NCBI GenBank assembly: GCA_050952625.1
Contig: JBMNLH010000001.1
Location: 1,248,001 to 1,312,000, forward strand
Reading direction: 5' to 3'
Length of the DNA: 64,000 nt
DNA from: Bacillota bacterium
Lineage (GTDB): Bacteria > Bacillota > Ch66 > Ch109
Shown: positions 33,911-45,185 of the stretch, one piece after another
How positions within the stretch are numbered: the stretch's first letter is position 1
Layout: every line of letters begins with the position of its first letter
Notes under the pieces: generated by a model
Told to the model about the DNA's origin: nothing
The model's database searches: none
The model's input: the letters and a program-made list of their open reading frames with translations, nothing else
Made by a program: the position numbers and the translations under genes

Positions 33911-34440
33911 ATGTACCGAAGACCCAAACCACAGTTAACTATCGATGATTTCATCTCCCCTTTTTCTGGTAAGTTTGATCCCGAAAATCGCTAGGTCAAA
34001 TTGGCCCAACTTATTACTTGGGATGAAATCGAAGAAGAATACGCATTTATGTTTCTGAGTGATCGAGGTAATGTAGCCAAACCGGTTCGCATGGCCCTAG
34101 GCACATTGATTATACAAGCACGGTGCGGTTTCGCTGACCGTCAAATCGTACAGCAGATTACCGAAAACCCCTATCTCCAATACTTCATCGGCCTTAAAGA
34201 GTATCAGTTGACGAAACCCTTTACCCCGGTCGCGATGGTCAAGTTTCGTAAACGCTTTAATGCCAAACGGTTGGTTAAGATTAATGAACGTATCGTTTCA
34301 GCCGAAACAGCCCAAAAGGCCACATAAAACGAAAAAGAGAACCACAACGATAACAATCATCACGACGATCATCAAAACGGGTCCGGTTGTGTGGACTCGG
34401 TCAAGCCGGTTGAAACCAATGCTGAAAAAGAAGATACCAT
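33911..34440 (+). pseudogene. IS5-family transposase 5' fragment
   Basis: MYRRPKPQLTIDDF..F.GK.DPENR*VKLAQLITWDEIEEEY...RMALGTLIIQ...ENPYLQYFIG; internal stops. Confidence 0.85.
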
Positions 34441-34544
34441 TGGCTCAAAGACAGCCCGATTTTAGTTGGTTGGAAAAATCAGGGGTTTGGCTAGCAAGCC
34501 CAAATTTAGGAGATTCAAAAGGTCATAACATACTTATTTAATCT

Positions 34545-34574
34545 TGTCAACCTTTTTGTTTGTTAATTGTCTTA
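34545..34574 (+). promoter_or_regulatory. Putative ECF sigma promoter (copy 2)
   Basis: TGTCAACCTTTTTG...GTCTTAATTATAGGGATAAAAAAT, nearly identical to copy 1. Confidence 0.7.
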
Positions 34575-34928
34575 ATTATAGGGATAAAAAATAAATTTAG
34601 TAAAAAGGGGGTGCTAAACTTAATATACCTTAATATTTTGGAATTTGAGCTTGCCCCGTTAAAATAGACACACCAAATGGCGGTGAGCTTAATCCTTAAT
34701 TTAAAGTTTTTGGCCGCCCTTGACATGGAGTCGCTAGACTCATGTTTCCGTAAGGCAGGGCGAGACCGGCTACGCATTGTCTCGCCCTGATAGGCTAACA
34801 AGACCACCCGTGTAAAGGGCTGCGCAAGAGGCCAAAAATAGTTTGCTCAATCAAACTGGGTAAGATTAGTACTATATAACTAACTTAACTAAAAGAGGGA
34901 GAAATCGAAATAGAATTGAGGAGGATTT

Positions 34929-35424
34929 ATGAATTCACATAATTCTCAATTTGTACCATCCACGGATAACCAGTATATACTAGAAAAGGCTGAATTCAGT
35001 GATCGTTTTTTTGCGATAATAGTGGATTTTATCATTGTAGCGATAATTATAAAAGGATTTCAGGTATTTATAACTTATTTTTTACCGAATCTTTATCGAC
35101 ATACTTATCTAGTCCTTTTTATTATGCTACTCATAGTCCTGACTTACTTTGCGGTTTATGCTTATAAAAACAATGGGCAAACAATCGGTAAAAAGTGGAA
35201 CAAACTAAAAATAGTAGGGGTATCAGGTCAGCCTCTTTCCTTAGGGCCACTTATTAATAAGAGAACTAATTGCCAGGGGACCAGCCGTCTTTACGTTAGT
35301 TTCGCTTCTTGGCTTTTATCCAAATCCGTGGTATCTAACTTATCTACTAGCATTAACTAAAGAAAAAAAGGCACTTCATGATATCATTGCTAAAACTCAG
35401 GTGGTTAGATTAAAAGACGGATAG
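34929..35424 (+). CDS. RDD family membrane protein (frameshifted)
   Basis: AEFSDRFFAIIVD, GQTIGKK; alternate frame ends KKALHDIIAKTQVV. Confidence 0.8.
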
Positions 35425-35531
35425 GGTCTCTGAGAAGTTCTGAGGCTAAAGAATCATTAGTCGCGATCCGGATCTACCAAAAGGTCCTGTCGGGCAAATG
35501 ATTAAAGCCAAGATACATCGAAAAGAAATAA

Positions 35532-35996
35532 TTATTCAGAACAGACTTTAATCAGGTAAAGTGGACCTTCTGAAGTGGTTTGTACTTCCTCAAGTTGAAA
35601 TCCCTCGGGAATAAAAGCTGGTATAAGAATTTGATACGGTACGTTAGGTTGTACTGAATTAATTTCGGTTACGAGACGGTCAAGAGGTTGTTGGCTTGAG
35701 GGGTTTTCGGAGAATAAGAGTTGGATGCTCTGACCCCAGTTTATTATGGTCCGGGATAATTTTTCTCTGAAGGCATAGACTGATTCAGGAAAGAACACTG
35801 TCCAGGTAGTAGTCAACAAAGCGATTAAAATAACCGCGATTTGGAGGAAACGCATTCGCTTTCTTCTTCTTAATTCGCGATTTTGAGTCACCCTTTCATG
35901 AATTTCCCGTTTTATCGCATTAAGTGACTCATCCAACTCCATTTCACTTGACTTAAGAACCTGGCTTAAGAATTGGTCAAAATTGTCTTTGGTCAA
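35532..35996 (-). pseudogene. Anti-sigma factor (DUF4367-like), apparently 3' truncated
   Basis: Overlaps the ECF sigma stop; short cytoplasmic part, one TM, then YQILIPAFIPEGF and an abrupt end. Confidence 0.7.
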
Positions 35997-36535
35997 GATT
36001 CATCACCTTCTTTAACTAATTGACTTTGTAGGTGGTCAAAAAGTTTAACCTTGGCTCTAGAAAGCAATTTTTTTACTGTTCCAGTAGATACACCCATCGC
36101 GTACGCTATATTTTTTTCCGTCATATCTAAATGATATCGGAGAATAACAGCCTCACGTTCCTTGATTGTCAGCTTCATTAAGGCCTTTTTTACAATTTCC
36201 TGTGTTTCCTTGCGTTCAACGAATTCTTGAGGGAAATCAAAATCTGAAGGCAATTGATTAAGGGTATTAACGTTTGAGGATACGAATATCCGTTTATTTC
36301 GTTTTAAATTGTTTTTGGCTATATTAAATGCGATAGACATTAGCCACGCCCCAAAACGATCCGGATTTTTTAATTGAGTTATTTTTTCTATAGCTTGGGC
36401 AAACGCTTCTTGAGTGACATCCTTGGCTAAATATTGATCCTTAGTATAGAAAAATATCGCGTTCATTATTTTATTATAATATTTTTCAATGACTAAATCC
36501 CAAAGAGAATAACCGTTTTCTGGAAGTCGAGGCAT
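35993..36535 (-). CDS. ECF RNA polymerase sigma factor
   Basis: AKDVTQEAF, FGAWLMSIAFN (region 2); REAVILRY..EKNIAYAMGVSTGTVKKLLSRAK (region 4). Confidence 0.93.
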   Translation of the reverse strand: MPRLPENGYSLWDLVIEKYYNKIMNAIFFYTKDQYLAKDVTQEAFAQAIEKITQLKNPDRFGAWLMSIAFNIAKNNLKRNKRIFVSSNVNTLNQLPSDFDFPQEFVERKETQEIVKKALMKLTIKEREAVILRYHLDMTEKNIAYAMGVSTGTVKKLLSRAKVKLFDHLQSQLVKEGDES

Positions 36536-36770
36536 TTTGGCTCCCCCTAAGTTTTGTTGCATTATTATACCATTTAATGCCGAAATATTAAATTACAAGG
36601 GCTAAATATTTTGATAAGATTAAATAAGGTTGTTTAATAGTCAAATTGTTTCATAAAATTTAATTAAGGTGTTTAAGTTTGAAACCAGAACCTAACGGAA
36701 GTGGATAATGGACACAAAAAGGAACCGTAACGAAGTTACAGTACATTGAAAAAAGGCAAATGGAATAGGA

Positions 36771-38024
36771 CTAAGAAGCGATAACACCGTCGGAATCTAC
36801 GACCAGAAAACCGTGACGCTGAATGAAAGCGACTGCTTGCTCCACAGTAAAAGCACGGTTAGCAGGAATGGACACCACGTTTCTATAGAGATTGGGGTTG
36901 TAGGCTTCGGATTTTTTGAGGATGGCGTAGATCGCGGTCAACAACATCCTGCAAATGGCAATGATGGCTTTCTTGTGCCCACGACGCTTTTTGAGCGCAA
37001 GATAACGGCTTTTGATTTCAGGGTGCTTGTCTGAATTGCAGACGGTAAGAGCGCACTGAACCAAAAGTGGCTTGATGTAAGCTCCGGCACGGTTGATACG
37101 GGTAGACTTTTTCTTACCGGCACTCTCGTTGTTTTGCGGTGTAAGTCCCGCCCAAGAGCAAAGGTGCTTGGCCGTAGGGAACACGGACATATCCACGCCG
37201 ATTTCCGAAATAATAGCGATGGAGGAAAACAGTTGGATACCCGGTACGGTCATAACCAGCTCAAATTGAGAACGAAACTGCTCGGCAAGCGAGAGAATGG
37301 CAGATTCAAGACTAGCCTTGCAGAACTTCAGACTATCCATGTGGGAACGGATAATCTTTAACTTTTCAACCTGCTCGGGGCACATCAAGCCGTCAATAGC
37401 AGCTTGGATTTTGTCCGGTGATGCTTTGCAGCGACGATCAATAAACGGAGTAGCGTCAAAGTCCCCGTCGGGATGCGCAAGCAACTGTTCAGTAATAGCG
37501 GAAGCACTTTTACCAAAAACATCAGAGAAAACATCGTCCAATTTGATATTGGAAACGGTAAGGCAATTTTGAGCGCGGTTCTTCTCTCCGACAGAGAAGT
37601 TGGTCAACTTGACACGGTAGCGCATGAGGTCGCGGAGTTGCCGGATGGCAAAGGGCGGGATAAAGCTGCCTGAGACCAAATCGTGCTTGAAGATGTCGGC
37701 GATCCATTTGGCGTCCTTGGTGTCGGTTTTCTTGCCACGGATGGCTTTGACGTATTTAGGATGAGCGAGAACCACTTTACAGGTGGATTCGAGCATGTTG
37801 TAGACGGGGATCCAGTATTTCCCCGTAGACTCCATACAAACATCCCGGCAACCATGCTCCGCAAGCCATTGACCCAGCCGGCGGAGGTCACCTGTAAAAG
37901 TGGAAAATCTGCGCCGTTGGTAAGTCGTAACACCCTGGTCGTCGGTTGCCGCGATACAAGCTACGACGAAGGACTTGTGGACGTCGATTCCACAGCAGAC
38001 TGGATAAACGATTTTGAGTGCCAT
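36771..38024 (-). mobile_element. IS110-family transposase
   Basis: CGIDVHK, MESTGKYW, KTDTKDA (DEDD); TVPGI, SWAGLTP..NESAG; ~250-nt upstream non-coding end. Confidence 0.93.
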
Positions 38025-38529
38025 ATTCGACCTCCTCGTAAAAGAATGCGAGGATACCGACAGTGACTGACCGCTCGCATAAAAAACGAGTAGCGTCTTT
38101 ACAAAGATAAGTTTACGGGTTCAATGTCCCACTTATTTGTGCTTCAATGAGCGGTCGACACACATAAATATTCGGTCAGCGAAACGCTGGGCCCACTCAC
38201 CTCCGCGTGATCTGTAGTGTGACGGCATCCTCGCTGATATTGTATAACAAACTTTACGTGAAGGCCGACGTTTCATTACGTTTTGTGCCTTTCGTAGAAA
38301 GGAATGGTCATAAATATGAACGATTCCATAAAAGGTAGTTATCGAAGTGTTTGGGAAACTGGTCAAGCTACTGATTTCACTCAATTCTTATTCTCCGCTT
38401 GGCCCTCGGTTCTAAGATTTAAGTTTCTGTAGCCTAAACGACTAACTGGCTCATCTGGATGTCGGCGTAAATGGGGAAATGTTAGCCTAGATGGAGAAAT
38501 GAAATTGACAATTAGTTGACATACACGTA

Positions 38530-38566
38530 ACAAGACGGGAGGAGTTTAAAACTCCTCCCGTCTTGT
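38530..38566 (-). terminator. Strong hairpin after 38593..39084
   Basis: ACAAGACGGGAGGAGTTT-A-AAACTCCTCCCGTCTTGT. Confidence 0.75.
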
Positions 38567-38592
38567 AGAAAACATTGCTTTTTTGTTGCTCG

Positions 38593-39084
38593 TTATTGGA
38601 TAAATACCGCTTGAGAAATCGTGGTCTGGTAATCTAAGAGTGATCCGTCACGAGCACTGTGAGTCGAACAACTTCTGTAATAGTATCCACCGGTAACTGA
38701 AATGTTTGAAAACCCAGAAGCCTCAATACTATTATAGGCCGAATAAGTGCGAGAAGTAACGTTAACCCAAGATGATCCATTCCATTGTTGTAGGTATACA
38801 GTTGCATCACAGTAATCGACCATACCGTAACCCGCTGTTCCTGTTAACCCTGAAATATTTACCTTTCTGTTACCTACATCTCGAATACCGCACCCCCAAT
38901 CCGAGATTAGGGTTATTCCGTCGGTTGTTACCTCTCTAGTGTGAATGACTATGCTTTTGTTTTGGTCGGTAGATATTTCTGTATCAGGCGGTGGTAGGGG
39001 AGCGGCACTCACTACCCCCGATATACAAAAAAGAAACACCAACAAGGACATAAACAACAAAGACACCCTACACCTTTTTTTCAT
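38593..39084 (-). CDS. Secreted DUF6147-like protein, paralog 1
   Basis: Signal peptide; VYLQQWNGSSW...GYYYR..STH; paralog of 46636..47130. Confidence 0.8.
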   Translation of the reverse strand: MKKRCRVSLLFMSLLVFLFCISGVVSAAPLPPPDTEISTDQNKSIVIHTREVTTDGITLISDWGCGIRDVGNRKVNISGLTGTAGYGMVDYCDATVYLQQWNGSSWVNVTSRTYSAYNSIEASGFSNISVTGGYYYRSCSTHSARDGSLLDYQTTISQAVFIQ

Positions 39085-39115
39085 AGAACACCATCCCTTC
39101 TATCAATTCTATATA

Positions 39116-39195
39116 TAAGACAATTTAGAGGACAGAAAGGTTGACAAAAATTATTATAAAATCTTGTCAACCTTTTAGGGTTGTTAATTATCTAA
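39116..39195. promoter_or_regulatory. Divergent pair of putative ECF promoters (copies 3 and 4)
   Basis: Minus: TGTCAACCTTT-..-GTCTTATATATAG; plus: TGTCAACCTTTT-..-ATCTAA; both AAC-N18. Confidence 0.72.
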
Positions 39196-39217
39196 CTTGT
39201 AGGGATAAAAAATCAAA

Positions 39218-39330
39218 GTAAGATCTGGAAACTTAGTACTTAACAGGATGTAGTAGCTAAAGGATTACTGGGAAAGAACTGTTAATATCTAGCCTAAACT
39301 GTTAGCAAAAAGGAGTTCCAGAGAACTTAC
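39218..39330 (+). ncRNA. Structured leader element or miniature insertion (copy B)
   Basis: GTAAGATCTGGAAACT...AGTTCCAGAGAACTTAC closing stem; homologous to copy A. Confidence 0.5.
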
Positions 39331-39551
39331 TTAGTACAAAGGGGGTGCTGAAGTAATTTTACTTTGAACATTAATGCAAAAAACGGAAAACTAGATAAGA
39401 TCAAATGGAGTGAAGTTTTAGATTCATTGAAAGAAGGATTAGACCCGATTTTTTAGGCCCAAAACGATTGTCATTTATAGGTGATTATTTTTCTTTCAAA
39501 CTGTTATCCCCCTATAATTAACAGGCGTTAATTCCCAGAAAGGAGAAATAT

Positions 39552-39985
39552 ATGTTTAAAAAACTTTAGGGTTACTTTTATAACATTTACTATCGGGCTC
39601 CTTCTTTCATTTGCGACTATTGTGATGGCAGCAGAAAGTACAACAAAGTACTTCGGCCCAGTTTTGGGATATAATTACAATAACTAGTCATTTGTTTATA
39701 GTACTGATAATGGAGCTCTGGGCCCATAGTTGGACAAATTGTGGAGATGGTAATGTACCAACAGGATATATGGGGATAAGTTCTTACCTGTACAATACAG
39801 ATGGGTGGTGTGTAGCGTACTCTACTTGGACATACAACCCCCATTCTTGTTCTGGAATATCGGAATATTCGGGTTATTGCGATGTTGCGGGCACATATTA
39901 TTATTGCAGAGGCCAAAGTGCAGTGTATAACGGTAACGGATATGATTATGTGTATACGAATTATACTCCAAATGTATACTATTAA
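39552..39985 (+). pseudogene. Secreted Tyr/Cys-rich protein (in-frame stop and frameshift)
   Basis: RBS AGGAG; MFKKTLGLL... signal peptide; continues in another frame as GNVPTGYMGISSYLY...YYCRGQSAVYNGNGY. Confidence 0.7.
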
Positions 39986-40101
39986 TTAGCTGTGAAAATG
40001 AGTGTTTTGTAAGCGCTCAATATTCAGGTGCATGGTCAACATGCCCTAGCCGTGAGAAAATATCTCCATGAAACTAAGAAAATAAGACATGGGGGTATTA
40101 G

Positions 40102-40398
40102 ATGGACATAAACGAACAACGGTCATTGGTAGCAGAATGCCGGGCCAGTGGGATGACAGCAAAAGCTTGGTGCGAAGCCAAAGACATTAATTACCGGCGA
40201 TATCTAACTTGGGCAACCAAAGTTAATCGAGAAAAACAACATGGATCACAGCAATGGGCAGAGGTGATGATTAAAAAAGAGAAATACATTCCAGGCGAAA
40301 TTAGGCTTAACTGTGGCAAATGGACAATTTGTGTAGAGAGTGGGTTCAGTCCTGCACTCCTTGCAGATGTCCTTCGGGTTGTTGATGATTTATGCTGA
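40102..40398 (+). CDS. tnpA: IS66 accessory protein TnpA
   Basis: CRASGMTAKAWCE HTH-like motif. Confidence 0.85.
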   Translation: MDINEQRSLVAECRASGMTAKAWCEAKDINYRRYLTWATKVNREKQHGSQQWAEVMIKKEKYIPGEIRLNCGKWTICVESGFSPALLADVLRVVDDLC

Positions 40399-40754
40399 AA
40401 GACATCACAAGTTACGATGGAATCTATTTAGCGTGCGGAGTTACAGACCTTAGGCGTTCAGTAGACGGTTTAGCCACCATTGTGAAACAGCAATTCAATA
40501 TGGACCCGTTTGGGAACTATCTTTTCCTGTTTTGTAACCGAAACCGCAATCGGCTGAAGGCCCTAAGCTGGGATCGCAACGGTTTTGCCATGTACTACAA
40601 GAGGCTGGACGGCGCAGGAGCCCGGTTTATATGGCCCAAAGAGCCGGCCAATGTAAGAAACGTAACGGTCAGGCAGCTTCGCCTGCTTATGGAAGGTCTG
40701 TCCATAGACCCACCAAAAGGATTTGGTGAAGTCAGAGCTAGGGATTTCTGCTAA
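40392..40754 (+). CDS. tnpB: IS66 accessory protein TnpB
   Basis: YLACGVTDLRRSVDGL, LFLFCNRNRNRLKAL.WD. Confidence 0.92.
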   Translation: MLKDITSYDGIYLACGVTDLRRSVDGLATIVKQQFNMDPFGNYLFLFCNRNRNRLKALSWDRNGFAMYYKRLDGAGARFIWPKEPANVRNVTVRQLRLLMEGLSIDPPKGFGEVRARDFC

Positions 40755-40876
40755 GGCAAAAATACCCTCTTGAGATCCAGAAATCCTCCGTTTTCGGTGC
40801 CTAAATTTCATGCATAAAATGCCTGAAACCCTTGATATTGCTGGATATTCGGTTATTTTTATGGTATAATTAAAGC

Positions 40877-42475
40877 ATGGAAAAAGTCGATTTGACGGGC
40901 CTTTCGCCCGAAGTAACTGCATATATCTCAAGCCTCGAAACGCAGCTTAAAGAACAGACCAAAACAGTAGAATCACAGAAAGTTCGTATTGACCGGCTCA
41001 TGGAGCTGCTGGCCAATTTACAAAAGGCCATGTATGGCCAATCCAGCGAAAAAAGAAAGTACGTACTTGGCGAGGAAGATAATCAGCTTTCCTTGTTCAA
41101 CGAAGCGGAGGCCGAGTCAAACCACAAAGCCCCGGAGCCTGACAAAGTCTCGGTTGCCGGGCATACCAGGAAAGCCAAACGTACCAAGGAAGAATTAGCC
41201 GCGAACGCTCCCGTAGTGGAAATCATCTGCGATCTAGATGAAGAAAAGCAAGTCTGTGAAGAATGCGGCGGCAAAATGCGGGTTCTGGGCAAAGAACCGG
41301 TCCGGGAAGAATTAGAATTCATCCCGGCCCAGGCAAGGCTCCTTCGGTATATCCGATACAGCTATGTTTGCGAAATCTGCGAGAAGGAAACGGGAGAAGC
41401 TACGATAATTAAAGCACCCACTCCCGCACCGGTTATAAAGCGGAGTCTTGCTTCAGCGTCTAGTGTGGCCCATGTTATATACCAAAAGTATGTCAACGGT
41501 ATGCCGCTGTACCGGCAAGAAAAAGACTGGGCCAATCAGGGAATAATCCTTTCCAGAGCGACCTTGGCTAACTGGATCATCCGCTCAGCAATCGACTGGC
41601 TGCTACCGCTATGGGAAACCATGAAATTCCATCTCCTGAAGCAGGCTGTGATTCATGCGGATGAGAGCGTTATCCAGGTATTGAAGGAAGAGGGAAAGAA
41701 GCCATCCTCCGAGTCGCGGATGTGGGTATATTGTTCAGGTAATACCGGGGAGGCACCAGTGGTGCTGTTTGAATACCAACCCACACGATCAGGCGAGCAT
41801 GCACGGCGATTCCTGGAAGGTTTTCATGGATTTCTTCAAACCGACGGCTATAGTGGCTACAATAAAGTCCCAGAGGTAACCCGATGTGGATGCTGGAGCC
41901 ACCTGCGTCGGAAATATCAAGAGGCCATGCCCAAAAGTGGCAGTCTTAAAGACTCCGCTGCCACAGTAGGATTTGAATACTGTAATAAGCTGTTTGCCAT
42001 TGAGAAAGATTTGGAACAACTCTCTCCAGAGAAACGAAAAATACAGCGTCAGGAACAATCTAAACCAGTTCTTGAGGCTTATTGGTCATGGCTTGAAACT
42101 GTAAACCCTCTCCAAGGCTCCAAACTTGGCGAAGCCATAACCTATTCAGTTAATCAAAAAGCTTCATTGTGTACGTTTTTAGAAGACGGTCGCATTGAAT
42201 TGTCTAATAATCGAGCGGAGAATGCGATCCGACCCTTTGTTCTAGGAAGAAAAGGCTGGTTATTCGCGGATACGAAAAAGGGAGCCCAAGCGAGCGCAAT
42301 CGCCTACAGCATTGTAGAAACGGCCAAGGCAAACGGACTTAATGTATACATGTACCTGGTACATATTTTTAGTAAAATGCCGGCACTTGACTTTAAGACT
42401 GACCCATCACTCCTTGAGGACTTGATGCCCTGGTCACCCAAGCTGCCGAATTACTGCCGCAACACAAGACATTAA
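40877..42475 (+). CDS. tnpC: IS66 DDE transposase TnpC
   Basis: Zn finger CEECG, PLYRQE, HADES, LQTDGYSGY, SNNRAENAIRP. Confidence 0.95.
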   Translation: MEKVDLTGLSPEVTAYISSLETQLKEQTKTVESQKVRIDRLMELLANLQKAMYGQSSEKRKYVLGEEDNQLSLFNEAEAESNHKAPEPDKVSVAGHTRKAKRTKEELAANAPVVEIICDLDEEKQVCEECGGKMRVLGKEPVREELEFIPAQARLLRYIRYSYVCEICEKETGEATIIKAPTPAPVIKRSLASASSVAHVIYQKYVNGMPLYRQEKDWANQGIILSRATLANWIIRSAIDWLLPLWETMKFHLLKQAVIHADESVIQVLKEEGKKPSSESRMWVYCSGNTGEAPVVLFEYQPTRSGEHARRFLEGFHGFLQTDGYSGYNKVPEVTRCGCWSHLRRKYQEAMPKSGSLKDSAATVGFEYCNKLFAIEKDLEQLSPEKRKIQRQEQSKPVLEAYWSWLETVNPLQGSKLGEAITYSVNQKASLCTFLEDGRIELSNNRAENAIRPFVLGRKGWLFADTKKGAQASAIAYSIVETAKANGLNVYMYLVHIFSKMPALDFKTDPSLLEDLMPWSPKLPNYCRNTRH

Positions 42476-42594
42476 AGAAAAGATGTTGACACAAAACCCC
42501 AGCACGATGTAGATGAGTTGTGCTGGGGTTCGCTTTTGTCAATGCACCTGAATATTAACCGCTTACAGTGTTTTTAAAAGTACTTAGTTTATTA

Positions 42595-45173
42595 AGTGCT
42601 AGGGTAATATGTCAACCCCCTAATAGAACAAATATTTTTCCCGTATGAAAGGTATACAAAATCAAGGCCACCTGAAAAGCGCACATTTGTCCGCCAAATC
42701 AAGATGCCTCCTTATATATGGTTTTAATGCACTTCAGTTAACCTGGAAGTGCTTGCGGGCCTCAAATTAGACACAAAAGGCTAAGCTCATGAGGCCAAAA
42801 CTCAACCTTCAAAAAGCGATATTTCATCCCTCCTGGGCCTTACCGCCAATGGGTCAACAGACGTATCAAACCGGCAGCAGAACAGCAGACAGCGGCGGAT
42901 GGTGGACATTAACAGTAAAGTAATCGTGATATAAAACTCAATCAAGTGCGTGGTGGTTGGTAGATCTTATTAGTCGATAAGAGCGTATAAATCAAACGTA
43001 CAAATTTACGAGCCGTCAGTACCAAAGCTCGTTTGTGCGCATGAGTTCTCGCCTCGTTGTATTTTTTAGCATAAAAAGCCTGATATTCTGAAGTGTGTCT
43101 ACGGAGTTGATCAGCCGATTGGATCAAGTAGTAACGTAAATAACTATTACCGCTGCGATTCAACGGCGTCTCATCCGCTGTGAAGTCACCTGACTGATGT
43201 TCATTCCAGGTTAGCCCTGCGAATTTAGCTAATTTAGACTGATCGGCAAAGCGGGAGATATCTCCTATCTCAGAAATAATTCCGGCCGAAAGAACCGGGC
43301 CAATACCAGGTATTGAGATCAATGGGTTAAAGATCGGCCTCATTTCTCGTTCAATAGTGTTGTTAATCTTATTCACAGATTGTTCAAAAAAACGAATGTT
43401 GTTCATACTTAGTTCGAGAATAGTATTAACCGAACTAGCCATATTTGGTTTCAACCGGTAAGCATCGCGAGCAATCTTTTGAATCTGTACTGCCAGGTCA
43501 ATAGGCGACTCAAACTTATAGCGGCCCTTCTCTGCCAGAAACACCGCTAATTCCTCCAGGGGCATAGCGGCAATCTCATCAGTGGAGAAAAAATCATTGA
43601 TCAAAGAAAGGCTAGCGGTACCAAATGGATTGCTAAAATCCGAATTATGATAAGTACTGAATTTCAAAAAGAGCATGTTCAAAAAGTAGTTCTTTTCTCG
43701 AATCAGAGATCCGATTAGATGAAATCGATAACGGGTCAGACGTTGTAGGGGTTGATACATATCATCGACCTCGTATGGTGGGGGAAGGCCTCGGCCCAGT
43801 CGCAAGCGTTCTGCGATCATCAAGGCATCATAGGTGTCGTTTTTTCCCCGCAAGGGATAAGACTTCTTGAAATTCTTGATAATACGCGGATTAATTGCAT
43901 AAACCTGAGGCTTATATGGCTGTAAAACTGTGGACTGGACTAGAAAATTCAGCAGGTGATAGTGAAAGAACGCGGTAGCCTCCATACCGATACGTAACTT
44001 TATCACCTTAACTTCAGCCATAACCTCAAGAATTTTATTCACTAGTCTTTCGGCCCCACCCTGGGAATTTTCGAAAACAAATTTAGGTAACGGGATATGC
44101 TCATCCGAGATTACAAAACAAGCGACATTGGACGATTTGCTGACATCAATACCAACAAACAAGGTATCCCAAGACAAACGAAGCACCTCTCAGTAAGCAG
44201 ATTTTCTTCGCTCCGATCCGGTGCAAGCAGAACAGCCTCGCTGTATTAGAACACATCTTGAGGCGGGAGACGGCCAGGACCTGCTGCCACCCTGGTCAAC
44301 CACAAGCGGAACAGGCTAGGGTTAGAGCCTTTACACCGTTGGACGAAGAGACAGACTTTATTAAGCAGTCAGTGCTGCAGGAGCTAATGGCTTGAGAATT
44401 TATCTGGCTTACTAACTTATCAATTATAAAGACAAAGGCATGTCTGGTAAAGTATTAAGCTTATTACCCCCAAGAAAGCGATGGAAGAAAAAAGCCCGTC
44501 GAAACGGGCTAATAACCTATAAAAGCCAACATGTCTACCAGCGCAAACAGCCTCGCATAACAATTAGAACTTAACGAACAAGCTAAGAGTTAGTATTACG
44601 CCAGATAGACCGGGGAACGCACACTTAAAGAGCAATCAGGTTGCAGGGAGAATTAACGCCACCCCCGACTACGAGCAGCCTGTCAGCTACACTATAGAAT
44701 TAATATTCTTGAGTTCTATCGATTTTTAAGAGAAATGGTAATACCAGAATTAGCAATTTTTGATTTGTAAGGTAAGTAGTATGAAAGGCATGACGTCCTA
44801 CCCTTCAACTGCAAGAAGAACGAGCAACCATGTTGATCAATGTTGGAATAAGGGGTAGCGTAACCCGCCTGAATTAGGGTGAATCACTTTTCTGTGATTT
44901 ATATCCCTCAGGTTTCCCCATAAGCCAACTATCATCAAATGACAGATCAGGATTATATTTCGAACGCATCACCTCATAATTTAATGAAGCTTAAGACCAC
45001 CATCCATAACCTTCAGCTTCCTCTCGTACATCCGTTGCGCAATGTGTGGATATCCATATGTACATTGAGAGGTTGCCAAATCGATTTCCGATGGTCATGG
45101 CTCCATGTTTGGAACCGGTTCCTACGCTAAGGGGCTGATTAAAAGTCCCTTGGCCTGATCACTATTATACGAG
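42595..45173 (-). mobile_element. Complete IS110-family element with ~1-kb upstream non-coding end
   Basis: Ends join over a CT core to form TTGACA-17-TATAAT; the empty site reads TTAAGGGAGGTAAAAAGGTG (RBS of 45186). Confidence 0.8.
42942..44186 (-). CDS. IS110-family transposase/recombinase
   Basis: FVGIDVSK, GMEATA, KNDTYDA, SIPGIGPV, KFAGLTW..HQSG. Confidence 0.93.
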   Translation of the reverse strand: MLRLSWDTLFVGIDVSKSSNVACFVISDEHIPLPKFVFENSQGGAERLVNKILEVMAEVKVIKLRIGMEATAFFHYHLLNFLVQSTVLQPYKPQVYAINPRIIKNFKKSYPLRGKNDTYDALMIAERLRLGRGLPPPYEVDDMYQPLQRLTRYRFHLIGSLIREKNYFLNMLFLKFSTYHNSDFSNPFGTASLSLINDFFSTDEIAAMPLEELAVFLAEKGRYKFESPIDLAVQIQKIARDAYRLKPNMASSVNTILELSMNNIRFFEQSVNKINNTIEREMRPIFNPLISIPGIGPVLSAGIISEIGDISRFADQSKLAKFAGLTWNEHQSGDFTADETPLNRSGNSYLRYYLIQSADQLRRHTSEYQAFYAKKYNEARTHAHKRALVLTARKFVRLIYTLLSTNKIYQPPRT

Positions 45174-45185
45174 GGAGGTAAAAAG

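Larger units (their letters stand above)
40009..42566 (+). mobile_element. Complete IS66-family element
   Basis: TIRs GTAAGCGCTCAATATTCAGGTGCAT / ATGCACCTGAATATTAACCGCTTAC; 8-bp TSD AGTGTTTT; three ORFs. Confidence 0.96.
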
